A stretch of 64,000 nt of DNA from Armatimonadota bacterium (GTDB lineage Bacteria; Armatimonadota; HRBIN16): contig OY781964.1 in assembly GCA_963677485.1 (NCBI GenBank), forward strand, positions 960,001-1,024,000, given 5' to 3'. Shown here piece after piece: positions 39,743 through 49,096 of the stretch (position 1 is the stretch's first letter; each line of letters begins with the position of its first letter). The translations under genes were made by a program, and so were the position numbers. Under the pieces are notes generated by a model, which was given only the letters and a program-made list of their open reading frames with translations, was not told the origin of the DNA and did not search any database.

Positions 39743-41724
39743 AATGGCTCCTTACTATATTGGATGTCGCGAATCCGATGTCCCTGCGTATCACAGATCC
39801 TCAAAAAGCAGCCCAAATGGGCAGATGATCTTGCGGTCGGTTCGAAATGATACACCAGCATCAGTTCGTTCGCTCCCACCTTCAGTTTTCCTTGCATATT
39901 ACTGATGAGCTGACCGTTGAGCAGCACCCGCTTGACCGTGCCAGGGAAGCCGGATATCTTCACCTCACGACGAACAGGGCTGGTGACCGTACCGCGCAGG
40001 ATGTAGATACCGCTGCTCAGATTACGCCATGTGCCTGATGTGATTATCACCTCAGGGTGCACCCACTGAGGGTCTACTCGTAAATCGGTCGAGCGGTTCT
40101 CCCAAGGTACGCCCATAGCGTTCGACATGGCATCCGCCGTTTTGCATTGCTCGAAGAGGCGGAAATCGAACTGGTCTGGCGCAAATGGGCCCATCACCTG
40201 GAACCGTCCGGTTGGCAGCGAGCTGTCCTCGATGGGTTCCGTGCGGCAGGTGACATATAGGCGTGAGGGCACATCGCCCCACATGAACTCCAACTGCACC
40301 GCATAGAAGGCCTCTCCGAAGCTGTCTGCCGGATCGCGCTGAGGGTCGTTTGATAATGGCAGCCTCTGCCGACACTGCCTCTCCAGACCCAGGTCGGGTA
40401 GTGACCTTGCGATCACACCCTGTGGATGCATCAACGGCAGGCGGTATTGCGCGCGCAGATTGCTGACGGGATAGGCCGACTGGTTTATGATTTGCAGCTG
40501 CAGCTGACCGTCAGACCGATAGAGAATGGCATGCAGCCCAGGGAAGTCGGGGTCATCCACCCGATACCGTATGTCAGTGTCATTGGCGTCGTTATGAATG
40601 GCTCCGATGAGCTGAGGCATCCGGTGTTCATCCGAATGGGGAACATTGAGGATATTGCCGTGACGCTGCACATCCGCACCGGTGATCGCCGTCAACTGCG
40701 AAGGATCGACTCCCTCAAGCAGCAAAGACAGCGGGATGGGATCATTCAACCAGCTCATGCTCGGGCGGGTGATGCTGAGCTTCACGGTAGCGCCTTCTCG
40801 CTTGATTCTCAGCTTGCTGTGCTCGCTCTGCTGCCAGTAGGCAGCGAACTCATTCTGGTTACAGTGCCAGGCGTCGGGCACCGCCTGCAGGTCGTCAAGG
40901 CGTTTCTCCAGCACGTCCCACCCAAACGGCAGCATGGAGGTTCCATACCATGAGTGCATCGAGTTACTGACCGCATTTCTCCGGGCGATGCGGTGGGCGT
41001 CTGTGAGTGCCCAGTCGAGGCTATATCTCCACTGATCATATGGGCTGTTTTCAGGCGCCAGAATGGTGCTGAAAGCCAGATCGGAAGCCACACGGTCTGC
41101 ATGACCCGCAAACTCCGCAATCCCCTGGTAGCCCGCGCGCTGGAGGCATCGCAGCGTGTCAGCGTGAACGGCATCGCCCTCTACGTCATTACGGATGTCG
41201 ACATAACTGTAGGTATAGCTGTTGATGGCGGTGTTGAGGCGGGCCTCCCACTCAATGCGCACCTCCAGCATCTCCTCAAACATCCGGTTTCGGTTGAGAT
41301 AGGTGATGTATGGATGGGTCATGCTGTGACCACCGATACTCTGTCCGTCGCCAAGAAGCTGTAAAGCCTGGAGGGTGTAGTCATCATCGCGATGCAAATC
41401 GGACTGCCAGTTGGAGTTCAGGTAGTATGTGCCCTTAATCCCTCGCTGAGCCATTAGCTTATGCGCTGTGGTGGTCTGGTCGTTGGCGTCATCCCAGCGG
41501 CATGTGATCGCCACATCATGCCCGTCATACACCGGTGCGATTCGCAGACGGGCTTGCTTCGCAGATTGCTCTGAAGAGAACTTCAATTCGATCTGCTGTT
41601 TGTACATGGGAATGGGGGTTTCTCTGAATGCACCTGTCATGTCGGGTATGGCCTCCGTAGTGATCACCGCTGTCGTAAGCAGGCTGCAGAACAGCGCAAG
41701 GTTTTGCGGGCACCGGATTTTCAT
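39739..41724 (-). CDS. Secreted polysaccharide deacetylase-family protein with accessory domains
   Basis: Signal peptide; TCRWDD, KGTYYLN, IGGHSMTHP. Confidence 0.75.
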   Translation of the reverse strand: MKIRCPQNLALFCSLLTTAVITTEAIPDMTGAFRETPIPMYKQQIELKFSSEQSAKQARLRIAPVYDGHDVAITCRWDDANDQTTTAHKLMAQRGIKGTYYLNSNWQSDLHRDDDYTLQALQLLGDGQSIGGHSMTHPYITYLNRNRMFEEMLEVRIEWEARLNTAINSYTYSYVDIRNDVEGDAVHADTLRCLQRAGYQGIAEFAGHADRVASDLAFSTILAPENSPYDQWRYSLDWALTDAHRIARRNAVSNSMHSWYGTSMLPFGWDVLEKRLDDLQAVPDAWHCNQNEFAAYWQQSEHSKLRIKREGATVKLSITRPSMSWLNDPIPLSLLLEGVDPSQLTAITGADVQRHGNILNVPHSDEHRMPQLIGAIHNDANDTDIRYRVDDPDFPGLHAILYRSDGQLQLQIINQSAYPVSNLRAQYRLPLMHPQGVIARSLPDLGLERQCRQRLPLSNDPQRDPADSFGEAFYAVQLEFMWGDVPSRLYVTCRTEPIEDSSLPTGRFQVMGPFAPDQFDFRLFEQCKTADAMSNAMGVPWENRSTDLRVDPQWVHPEVIITSGTWRNLSSGIYILRGTVTSPVRREVKISGFPGTVKRVLLNGQLISNMQGKLKVGANELMLVYHFEPTARSSAHLGCFLRICDTQGHRIRDIQYSKEPL

Positions 41725-41850
41725 CGTTGTATCCTCGAACAGAGTGTTCTATACATATCCTATCATTGGAACATATGTTATCATGAAGAATACATGTTTT
41801 CCAGGCTTTACTAGAATACAGTATTTCGGCTCTCATTGGAGGCCCTTCCC

Positions 41851-44037
41851 ATGATGATCAGCTTGACTTTGGTATTCATATTACTGCTGCTAATCGGAAC
41901 CAACCTGGCATACTGTCACCCTACGGCTGTACCTGAGCTCATCCGGCGTCCGTTTCTAGACAAGCTTGGGGAACCGCCTGCTGGCACCCCTCCGCTGGAG
42001 ATGGGACAGGCCTATGTGATGTTCGATCTATATACCGCCATGGTCGCCAACGCGCCAACCCCTGCTCAGGATGACATTCAGGCGGCGGCGTTTCTCCTCT
42101 TCAAATACACCCAGAAGTGGCCGGATGCGATCAGCGGCGTACGGGCCAGTTACATGGTGCAGAAGCTGAATGAACACCTGCTGCAGGAGTATCTTCATCT
42201 GCATGTGATCTGGACAGACCAGGGGCCACAATGGCAAGATGGACACCTGCATGCACTGGCCCTCAGCAAGGGGTTGACCAGGCATATCATGCTGGTAGTG
42301 GAAAACCGAAGCCGCGACAGCATTCAGATACAGCCTAAACTGGCGGGTGTGGCACCCATCAACGTTGCAGACGGCTGGTCAGCACAAAATGGCGGGCAGT
42401 TTCGGTTCTTGCTGCCTGTGACCGCCACGGAGCTATCTGCGAAGAAGCTGCCGCTTGAGTTGAACAAGCTCAACGATGCTAAAGCGGAGCACATGCTTGA
42501 TGTGCCCGTGCAGGTCACGGAGCCGGCCATATTGAAAGGCATCACCATCGAATCGCGCAGCCGCAAGCCGTTCCCCGCACGGGTATATGCGCTGGGCAGC
42601 GACGCGGTGTTCCGGGCAGGCGAGGCTTACAAAGATGTCGACACCGTCAGCGAAAAGCAGCAGCTCGAATACATGATGAATTTCTGGAAAACCTACCGGC
42701 TGCCCTTCTTCTACGCCGATGGCCATTTCGAGGTGCTGCTTCCCGCCGGGGAGGCGGTCATCACCATGGAGCGCGGCTTCGAGAGCATGCCGGTCAGCCG
42801 AAAGATCACACTAAAGCCAGGGGAGGTACACGAAATCACTCTGGCGGGTGATGAGCTGATCGACCTCAAGAAAATGGGCTGGTATGGCGGTGACACCCAT
42901 GTTCACTGGGCCAAGAACTACTGGAGCGAGAACGAGGACATGGAGCTGTTGAAGCTGGTGCAGCGTGCCGAGAGCTTGAGGGTTGTGAACAACCTGACGC
43001 TATACCAATACCGCACAGAAAAAGACGGTGGACCTTTCACGAAACCTGACCAGCACCCGATCGGGCCGGTGCCGGGATGCGCCTCTGGCGACTTCATCAC
43101 ATGGATGGCGGAGGAGTATCGCAACGACAGCCAGTATGGCCATGTGAATATGTTGAACGTCAAGAAGCTGATCCTGCCAATCGCCACAGGGAAGGGATCT
43201 GGAGGTCCTGAGGGTACCCCTGACTGGCCGTTGAACAAGTCCGTGCTCGAAGAATGCCATCGGCAGGGGGGGATCAACATCGATGCGCATGGTCTGGGGC
43301 CTATGGGCTTTAACGACATCCCTGCCAATGTGATCATGGGGCTAACCGATGCGCTTGACCAGATCGAGCCGGAGGACTACTACCACTTCTTGAACAGCGG
43401 AATACGGATCGGGCTGGGCAATGGAAGCGACCACCCCGCGCGGGTAGCAGGCTCACTGCGCTGTTACGTGAAGGTGGATGGCCGACTCAGCTACCAGAAG
43501 TGGGTCGATAGCTTGAAAGCAGGCCGAAGCTTTGCCACCTCCGGGCCGCTGTTGTTCCTGACCGTGAACGGCAAAGAGCCAGGACAGGTGCTCGACGTCA
43601 AGCCAGGGCAGAAGCTGAACCTCACCGCCAGGGCCATCTCGCGGTTCCGCGTAGGCTCACTGCAGATCATCCGCAACGGCCGCGTGCTGGCGGAGAAGGC
43701 GATCAAAACCAACCGCGGAGAGTTGTCGCTGGTGGTGCCTGTGGAGGGCAGTGCCTGGTTCGCAGCCCGCTGCAGTGACACTCCGGGAACATGGTTCATG
43801 CTGAACAGTTACAACATCGCTCACACTAGCGCGGTCTATACACCAGTTGATAAGGAGCCCGTGCTTCAAGTGCAAGCGATTGAGCACTGGATCGAGTATC
43901 TCAATCTGCACATTGAGCGGATCCGTTCGCAGGCTGTCTATAAGGAGGCCTGGCAGCGTGAAGAACAGGTCGCCTATCTAAAGCAGGCCCTTCGCCGTTA
44001 CGAAGAACTTATACCATTGGCGCAGAAGTCCAAATAG
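41851..44037 (+). CDS. CehA/McbA family (PHP-like) metallohydrolase, secreted
   Basis: GWYGGDTHVH, EEYRN..YGH, AHG, GSDH, GRSFATSGP, AHTSAVY. Confidence 0.8.
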   Translation: MMISLTLVFILLLLIGTNLAYCHPTAVPELIRRPFLDKLGEPPAGTPPLEMGQAYVMFDLYTAMVANAPTPAQDDIQAAAFLLFKYTQKWPDAISGVRASYMVQKLNEHLLQEYLHLHVIWTDQGPQWQDGHLHALALSKGLTRHIMLVVENRSRDSIQIQPKLAGVAPINVADGWSAQNGGQFRFLLPVTATELSAKKLPLELNKLNDAKAEHMLDVPVQVTEPAILKGITIESRSRKPFPARVYALGSDAVFRAGEAYKDVDTVSEKQQLEYMMNFWKTYRLPFFYADGHFEVLLPAGEAVITMERGFESMPVSRKITLKPGEVHEITLAGDELIDLKKMGWYGGDTHVHWAKNYWSENEDMELLKLVQRAESLRVVNNLTLYQYRTEKDGGPFTKPDQHPIGPVPGCASGDFITWMAEEYRNDSQYGHVNMLNVKKLILPIATGKGSGGPEGTPDWPLNKSVLEECHRQGGINIDAHGLGPMGFNDIPANVIMGLTDALDQIEPEDYYHFLNSGIRIGLGNGSDHPARVAGSLRCYVKVDGRLSYQKWVDSLKAGRSFATSGPLLFLTVNGKEPGQVLDVKPGQKLNLTARAISRFRVGSLQIIRNGRVLAEKAIKTNRGELSLVVPVEGSAWFAARCSDTPGTWFMLNSYNIAHTSAVYTPVDKEPVLQVQAIEHWIEYLNLHIERIRSQAVYKEAWQREEQVAYLKQALRRYEELIPLAQKSK

Positions 44038-44048
44038 AGGATGACATA

Positions 44049-45416
44049 ATGGAACCAAACATCAATCGAAGAGGATTCTTGAAGGTAGCCGCGGCCACTG
44101 CCGTGACGGCAACACTTGTTAAGGAGGCACAACCTGTGCAGGCAGCATCCAAAAAGGTGACGAAAACCACAGACCCTAAACGGCTTCAGACCATTTTGAT
44201 GGACTACCTGGCCGATATCGAGATCATCGACTCCCATGAGCATCTGGCCACAGAGGGGGCCAGGATCGGCATGCCCGTGGATGCACTGACCCTGGTGGGC
44301 ATGTATAACTACGTCGATATCCAAAACAGCGGGATGCCGCATATCGATGGCGAGGGGCTGTGGTCACGCAACTACATGGTGGATTTCAGCCTGCCGTTGA
44401 AGGAGCGATGGGAGCGCGTCTGGCCGTATCTGCAGAATGTGAAGCATGGCAGCTATTACCGTGCAGCCAAGATCGCCATGAAGCATTTCTATGGCATTGA
44501 CGACCTCAACCCTAAAACCTACATGGAACTGACCGAGCGGATGCGTGCCAACAACACGAAGGGGCTGTACAAGCGGGTGATGCGAGATGCCTGCCATATC
44601 CGCACCAGCCTGGTTCAAAACGGGCAGGTCCGTCCACAAGACCCCGACGATCTGCTCACCCCCGTACTGAGTGATACGATCAACGCAGCCGGTATGTACA
44701 ACATGGAATATGCCAAGATATTGTCGCAGATACACAACATGCCGGTCGGCACGCTGGATGATTTCCTGGCGGTCTTGGCAGTTCATATGGCAGCCAAAGC
44801 AAAGGAGGGTGCTGTTGGCTTTAAGCTGGGCACATCTCCTATGGTCAACCCGGACTGGCGGAAGGCGGGAGAGCAATACCTTGAGGTCGCGAAGGGCGGC
44901 AGGCCAGGCATTGAGTTGCAAAGCTCGTTGTGGGATTTCATCTGCAAACAAGCCGCGAAGCTGGACAAGCCTTTAGCTGTGCATACCGGTGTATGGGGCG
45001 ATTACCGCACCGTAGATCCGAAGCTGATCATGGATGCGGTGATGCGCAACCCGGAGACACGGTTTGACGTGTATCATCTGGGATTTCCATATACCCGCGA
45101 CTTCATCTTTTTGATCAAGAATAACCCCAACGCGTATGCCGATCTTTGCTGGAGCTGGATCGTCAGCCCCACCATCACACGTGAAGCGGTGAACGAGCTT
45201 CTAGACCTGGTAGCTGTGAACAAAGTAACCGCCTTCGGTGCCGACTACAGCTTCAATGTGGAATGCGTCTATGGTCACCTGCAGATGGCCAAAGAGGGGT
45301 TAGCCGAGGGATTTGCCCAGCGGATAGCGCGCGGATGGATGGACATCGAAGAGGCACAACGGGTGCTCAAGATGTGGCTGTTCGATAACCCGACCAAGCT
45401 GTATCAGCTTTCCTAA
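44049..45416 (+). CDS. Tat-exported amidohydrolase (uronate isomerase-like fold)
   Basis: NRRGFLK Tat motif; IIDSHEH, GFK, VHTG, YHLGFPY, DLCW, FGADY. Confidence 0.8.
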   Translation: MEPNINRRGFLKVAAATAVTATLVKEAQPVQAASKKVTKTTDPKRLQTILMDYLADIEIIDSHEHLATEGARIGMPVDALTLVGMYNYVDIQNSGMPHIDGEGLWSRNYMVDFSLPLKERWERVWPYLQNVKHGSYYRAAKIAMKHFYGIDDLNPKTYMELTERMRANNTKGLYKRVMRDACHIRTSLVQNGQVRPQDPDDLLTPVLSDTINAAGMYNMEYAKILSQIHNMPVGTLDDFLAVLAVHMAAKAKEGAVGFKLGTSPMVNPDWRKAGEQYLEVAKGGRPGIELQSSLWDFICKQAAKLDKPLAVHTGVWGDYRTVDPKLIMDAVMRNPETRFDVYHLGFPYTRDFIFLIKNNPNAYADLCWSWIVSPTITREAVNELLDLVAVNKVTAFGADYSFNVECVYGHLQMAKEGLAEGFAQRIARGWMDIEEAQRVLKMWLFDNPTKLYQLS

Positions 45417-45437
45417 TAATGGATATCGGCATCCCTA

Positions 45438-45463
45438 GTAGGGCGACCACCGGTCGCCCCTAC
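45438..45463. repeat. GTAG-REP palindrome between convergent genes
   Basis: gtagggcgaccaccggtcgcccctac. Confidence 0.7.
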
Positions 45464-45474
45464 AACGTTTCTTC

Positions 45475-46557
45475 TCACCCCAAGCAGAGCTTGCGCATCT
45501 GAGCGGCGGCGTAGGCCATGTTCTCCAGCGAGACATCCGGCGGGATGAGGTGGTCAAACCCGGGCACGTAGCGACCGAGCTCCATCGTGCGGGCGGCTTT
45601 CTCGATCTCACGGTCGATAGCCGACTTGTCTTTCGCCAGCGCACGCTTGTCTAACCCGCCCAGCAGACCCATCTCCGGATGCTGCTTGCGGATCTCGTAG
45701 ATGTCATTCCCCGCCTGCACTTCAAACGGGAACATCATGTTCACACCGTGCTTCTCGAAGACGGTCAGCAGCTCGCTGCAGTCGCCGTCGGTGTCCACAT
45801 CCATGATCCGCACATGGTGCGCATCGGCGAACTCTTTAATGCGGTCGTAGCAAGGCATCATGAACTTCTCTACCATGCGGGGGCTGATCAGCGAGCCCTG
45901 CCGTCCGCTCATGTCTTCCCAGATATGGATGACGTCTATCTGCATATGCTTCGCCGCCTCGCCCCACAGGAACAGCCACATGCTGGTGAGGTGCTCCATC
46001 ATATCCTGCACCATCTCCGGCTCATCGTAAAAAGCGATCAGCAGATTCTCCACGCCCATTAAGTCGCGCGGCGAACCGAACACCCCCCAAGGGAAGTCGC
46101 CCACCTGGAGCGCATCGCCGGTCTGCTCGAAGCTGGCCTTGACCTCATCCCAGTTGACAATGATGCGCTTCATATCGCCAATCTGCAGGCGCTCCTCTTT
46201 AAGCTTCGCCCAGTCCTCCGGTGTCTTCACGGGATAGTCCAGATACTCGGGGATGCTGCCGCCGTCTTTTCGTCCACGCTGAGTCACGCCGCGCGCATCG
46301 CGCCAGACGATGCGGTTCTCTGTCTCTTCCAGCACCTCTGTCGGAAACTCAGGGTAGATGCCGTATATAAAAGGAATAGACCGGCAGCTCGCTTCGTACT
46401 GAAAGGCCTCAACATAGTTGAAATTGGGGTCTCCGCTCTCTTGACGCCAGCGTTCGTGGGTCTCACCCCACGGGTGCCAGCCAATCCCGGCTCCGAACGG
46501 AACGTGGTCTATCGGCTTTCCAAGAAGGCAATTTACAAACCGCTCGCCGGGCTTCAT
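45475..46557 (-). CDS. Uroporphyrinogen decarboxylase / MtaA-CmuA-like family protein
   Basis: RDLMGVENL, IWEDM, LISP, DTDGD, PFEVQAG, GGLDK, YVPGFDH. Confidence 0.85.
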   Translation of the reverse strand: MKPGERFVNCLLGKPIDHVPFGAGIGWHPWGETHERWRQESGDPNFNYVEAFQYEASCRSIPFIYGIYPEFPTEVLEETENRIVWRDARGVTQRGRKDGGSIPEYLDYPVKTPEDWAKLKEERLQIGDMKRIIVNWDEVKASFEQTGDALQVGDFPWGVFGSPRDLMGVENLLIAFYDEPEMVQDMMEHLTSMWLFLWGEAAKHMQIDVIHIWEDMSGRQGSLISPRMVEKFMMPCYDRIKEFADAHHVRIMDVDTDGDCSELLTVFEKHGVNMMFPFEVQAGNDIYEIRKQHPEMGLLGGLDKRALAKDKSAIDREIEKAARTMELGRYVPGFDHLIPPDVSLENMAYAAAQMRKLCLG

Positions 46558-46653
46558 GGTATTCAAAGTTGGTCGCTCCTGTGATATCAAAACTCGACTG
46601 ATGTATTTGCGGGGAACGGGTCGCACCCCCGTCCCCCACAAATGATGGCCATT

Positions 46654-47709
46654 TTACTGACCGTATTTTAGACGGATATACTCTCGGCAGTTGACCATAT
46701 CCTTCAATGCTTCTTCAGCCGTGGTTAAAGGAGCGATCTCACCGCGTACGGCTCGGCAGAAGTTGATGGCCTGCTGTCGCATGGCACTGACCATGGGCAT
46801 CACGGGGCTGACAAACTCCGGGGTAACCCCGTTGCCTGGATCGCGGAAGATTTCCACGGTGCCAGCGCGGTTGATGGTGACAGGAGCAGGCAGCTTCACA
46901 CGCACATATCCGTGCTCGAAGCAGACCAGGTTCTCTTCTTGCCAGTCGATGGTCGTCTGGTAGGGGGTCATCTCGATGGTTCCGCACACGCCGTTGTCGC
47001 CTTGAACGGCTAATAGCACGCCAGTGGGGTCGGCATAGGTCACGTGGTAATCAGAGCCGATCAGGTGGCGCATCATGTTGATCTGGTGGACGTAGTAGTT
47101 CACGAACTCCCAGTATCGGGTGAAGGTGTCTTTGTCCATCTCGGTGTCGCTGGGATCACTATCCAACGCAGGCCAGGGGTCGTTGCCGTTCACCATATCG
47201 AAGAAGCCGTTGGCAACCCAGTCGCCAGCGGGCATCAACAGGCGAACATACTTGCGGGCACCCAGCTCGCCAGTGCTGACCAGCCGGTCGATTTCGGCCT
47301 TGCCGGCCATCGTGGCGGGGTCGCTGCGCTTGTGGTAACCCACCATGTGCCAGCTCTTGCTGCCAGCCAGGGTTTTCAGAAGCTGCTCACCGACGGCCAC
47401 ATTACCGGCCAAAGGCTTTTCGGTGAACACGGGCAGACCCGCCGCATACAACTCGGTCAGAACCACACCGTGCCGAGTGAACTGCTGGGATGCAACCAGC
47501 GCATCCAGCTCTTCATTAGCCAGCATTTCGGCGGTGTTGGTGTAGACCTTCTTGACGCCGTATTTGGTGGCCACTAACTGACCGTGGTTAGCGCGAACTT
47601 CGGAAATTGCCACCACTTCGCAGTAGTCGGGAAGGGTTGCGTAGTTGCGCAGATGAGAGCACTGGCCCATTCCACCAACGCCTACGAAACCAACTCTTAC
47701 TTTATCCAT
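46654..47709 (-). CDS. Gfo/Idh/MocA family oxidoreductase
   Basis: VGFVGVGGMG, FTEKP, MVGYHKRSDP. Confidence 0.9.
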   Translation of the reverse strand: MDKVRVGFVGVGGMGQCSHLRNYATLPDYCEVVAISEVRANHGQLVATKYGVKKVYTNTAEMLANEELDALVASQQFTRHGVVLTELYAAGLPVFTEKPLAGNVAVGEQLLKTLAGSKSWHMVGYHKRSDPATMAGKAEIDRLVSTGELGARKYVRLLMPAGDWVANGFFDMVNGNDPWPALDSDPSDTEMDKDTFTRYWEFVNYYVHQINMMRHLIGSDYHVTYADPTGVLLAVQGDNGVCGTIEMTPYQTTIDWQEENLVCFEHGYVRVKLPAPVTINRAGTVEIFRDPGNGVTPEFVSPVMPMVSAMRQQAINFCRAVRGEIAPLTTAEEALKDMVNCREYIRLKYGQ

Positions 47710-47716
47710 ATCGAAA

Positions 47717-48832
47717 CTAGCCTCCTATGTTTTCCGGACCAAGGTTTCGGAAGAGGTAAAGACCCTCTTTACCAGGGGCGATGATGTCCAGCAGACCGTC
47801 GCCGCTGCCGTCGATGTCGCACACCTGGAAGAAGATGCCTGTGCCGCTGTGGTTGGGGACTGGTCCGAAATCCACCACCTGCTTAGCGAACCCTTCGCCG
47901 TGCCACTTGAAGATATACACGCCCACGATATCGTCTTCGCCCGGCTCGTGACCGCAGTGTGCGCGGTGACGGCATCCTGAGACGATCTCCATCTCACCAT
48001 CGCCATCGACATCAGCCCAGATCATGTCGTGATACTGGCTGAAGAAGGGGTCGATCTGGTGTGGTGTCCAGACGCGCTTGCCGTAAGGGTCGGTGAAGCT
48101 AGTGTAGTAGCGCAGACCGTAGTTGTGGCCCTGGCCTACGACTATCTCGTTCTTGCCATCGCCGTTCACATCCACGATCAGCATGGGCACGCTGAGCATC
48201 ACGCCCAGGTCAAACTCAGGCACGAATTCCCATGGGTCGTTGAGCGGGCAGCCAGTCGGCTTGTAGTAGCCGTTCTGCAGAACCAGGCAGCCCACACCGT
48301 CGTTGTTCAGGTCGCCAAATCCAAGACCGTGGCCCTGGGGAGTTTCGCTGATGACGATCTTGCGGAAGCTGCCCGAAGGCTTGCCATCGGCATCGCGCTC
48401 CAGCTTATAGGCGCACAGGGGGTGGCCAGGGCAGTTGGGCACGATCTCCAACTCGCCGTCGCCATCGATGTCCCAGGCGCGGGTGGTTTCGATGTTGCCG
48501 GTGACGGCGATTTCGTGGGTGATCCACTCTTTGTTGGGGTCGCCCATGGGGTTCTCGCGCCACACCAGTTTGCCGCCCCACCATCCGCCGGTGATGACAT
48601 CAAGGTATCCATTACCATTCACGTCCATGGCGATGGTGCTAAAGTCGTCGTAATATTCACCCTCGGCCAGAACGTCACAAACCTTGTGCTTGCTCCAGTC
48701 CGGGGCTTGATACCAGTATCCGCCGCAGAGGATATCCAGCTTGCCGTCGTTGTTCACATCGAACACACCGGCGCTTTCAAAAGCCTCATCGGAAATCTTG
48801 ATTTTCTGCCATTGCAGGCGTCGAGTCAGCAT
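47717..48832 (-). CDS. FG-GAP/VCBS repeat beta-propeller protein without a signal peptide
   Basis: Repeated DVNNDGKLD, DVNGNGYLD, DIDGDGELE, HGLGFGDLNNDG, DVDGDGEME. Confidence 0.85.
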   Translation of the reverse strand: MLTRRLQWQKIKISDEAFESAGVFDVNNDGKLDILCGGYWYQAPDWSKHKVCDVLAEGEYYDDFSTIAMDVNGNGYLDVITGGWWGGKLVWRENPMGDPNKEWITHEIAVTGNIETTRAWDIDGDGELEIVPNCPGHPLCAYKLERDADGKPSGSFRKIVISETPQGHGLGFGDLNNDGVGCLVLQNGYYKPTGCPLNDPWEFVPEFDLGVMLSVPMLIVDVNGDGKNEIVVGQGHNYGLRYYTSFTDPYGKRVWTPHQIDPFFSQYHDMIWADVDGDGEMEIVSGCRHRAHCGHEPGEDDIVGVYIFKWHGEGFAKQVVDFGPVPNHSGTGIFFQVCDIDGSGDGLLDIIAPGKEGLYLFRNLGPENIGG

Positions 48833-48964
48833 AATAATGCCTCCATAAGGAAATTCAGGTGCATCTCGTGATCAGTATAGCGAGGCCATGATATGGGATG
48901 TATGGAGGGATGAAATTGCGATATGGAGTATCTTGCGCAATTGGCGGGCGGGGGGGTGATGTGA

Positions 48965-49093
48965 GGGCCGGCACAAGGCACGGCCCCTACGGATGGCGAA
49001 ACGAATGCATACACGTAGGGGCCACCCTTGTGGTGGCCTATGCCCCAGTGCCAGTCTTTGCAGGTTAGGGCCGGCACAAGGCACAGCCCCTAC
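48965..49093. repeat. BIME-like cluster of three GTAG-REPs in alternating orientation
   Basis: gggccggcacaaggcacggcccctac (48965), gtaggggccacccttgtggtggcc (49015), gggccggcacaaggcacagcccctac (49068). Confidence 0.8.
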
Positions 49094-49096
49094 GGA

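Noticed and set aside
38732-39850. 372-aa + strand ORF
   Set aside because: Antisense shadow of the C-N hydrolase; no motifs.
48029-48871. 280-aa + strand ORF (similarly 12415-13155)
   Set aside because: Antisense shadows of well-supported genes.
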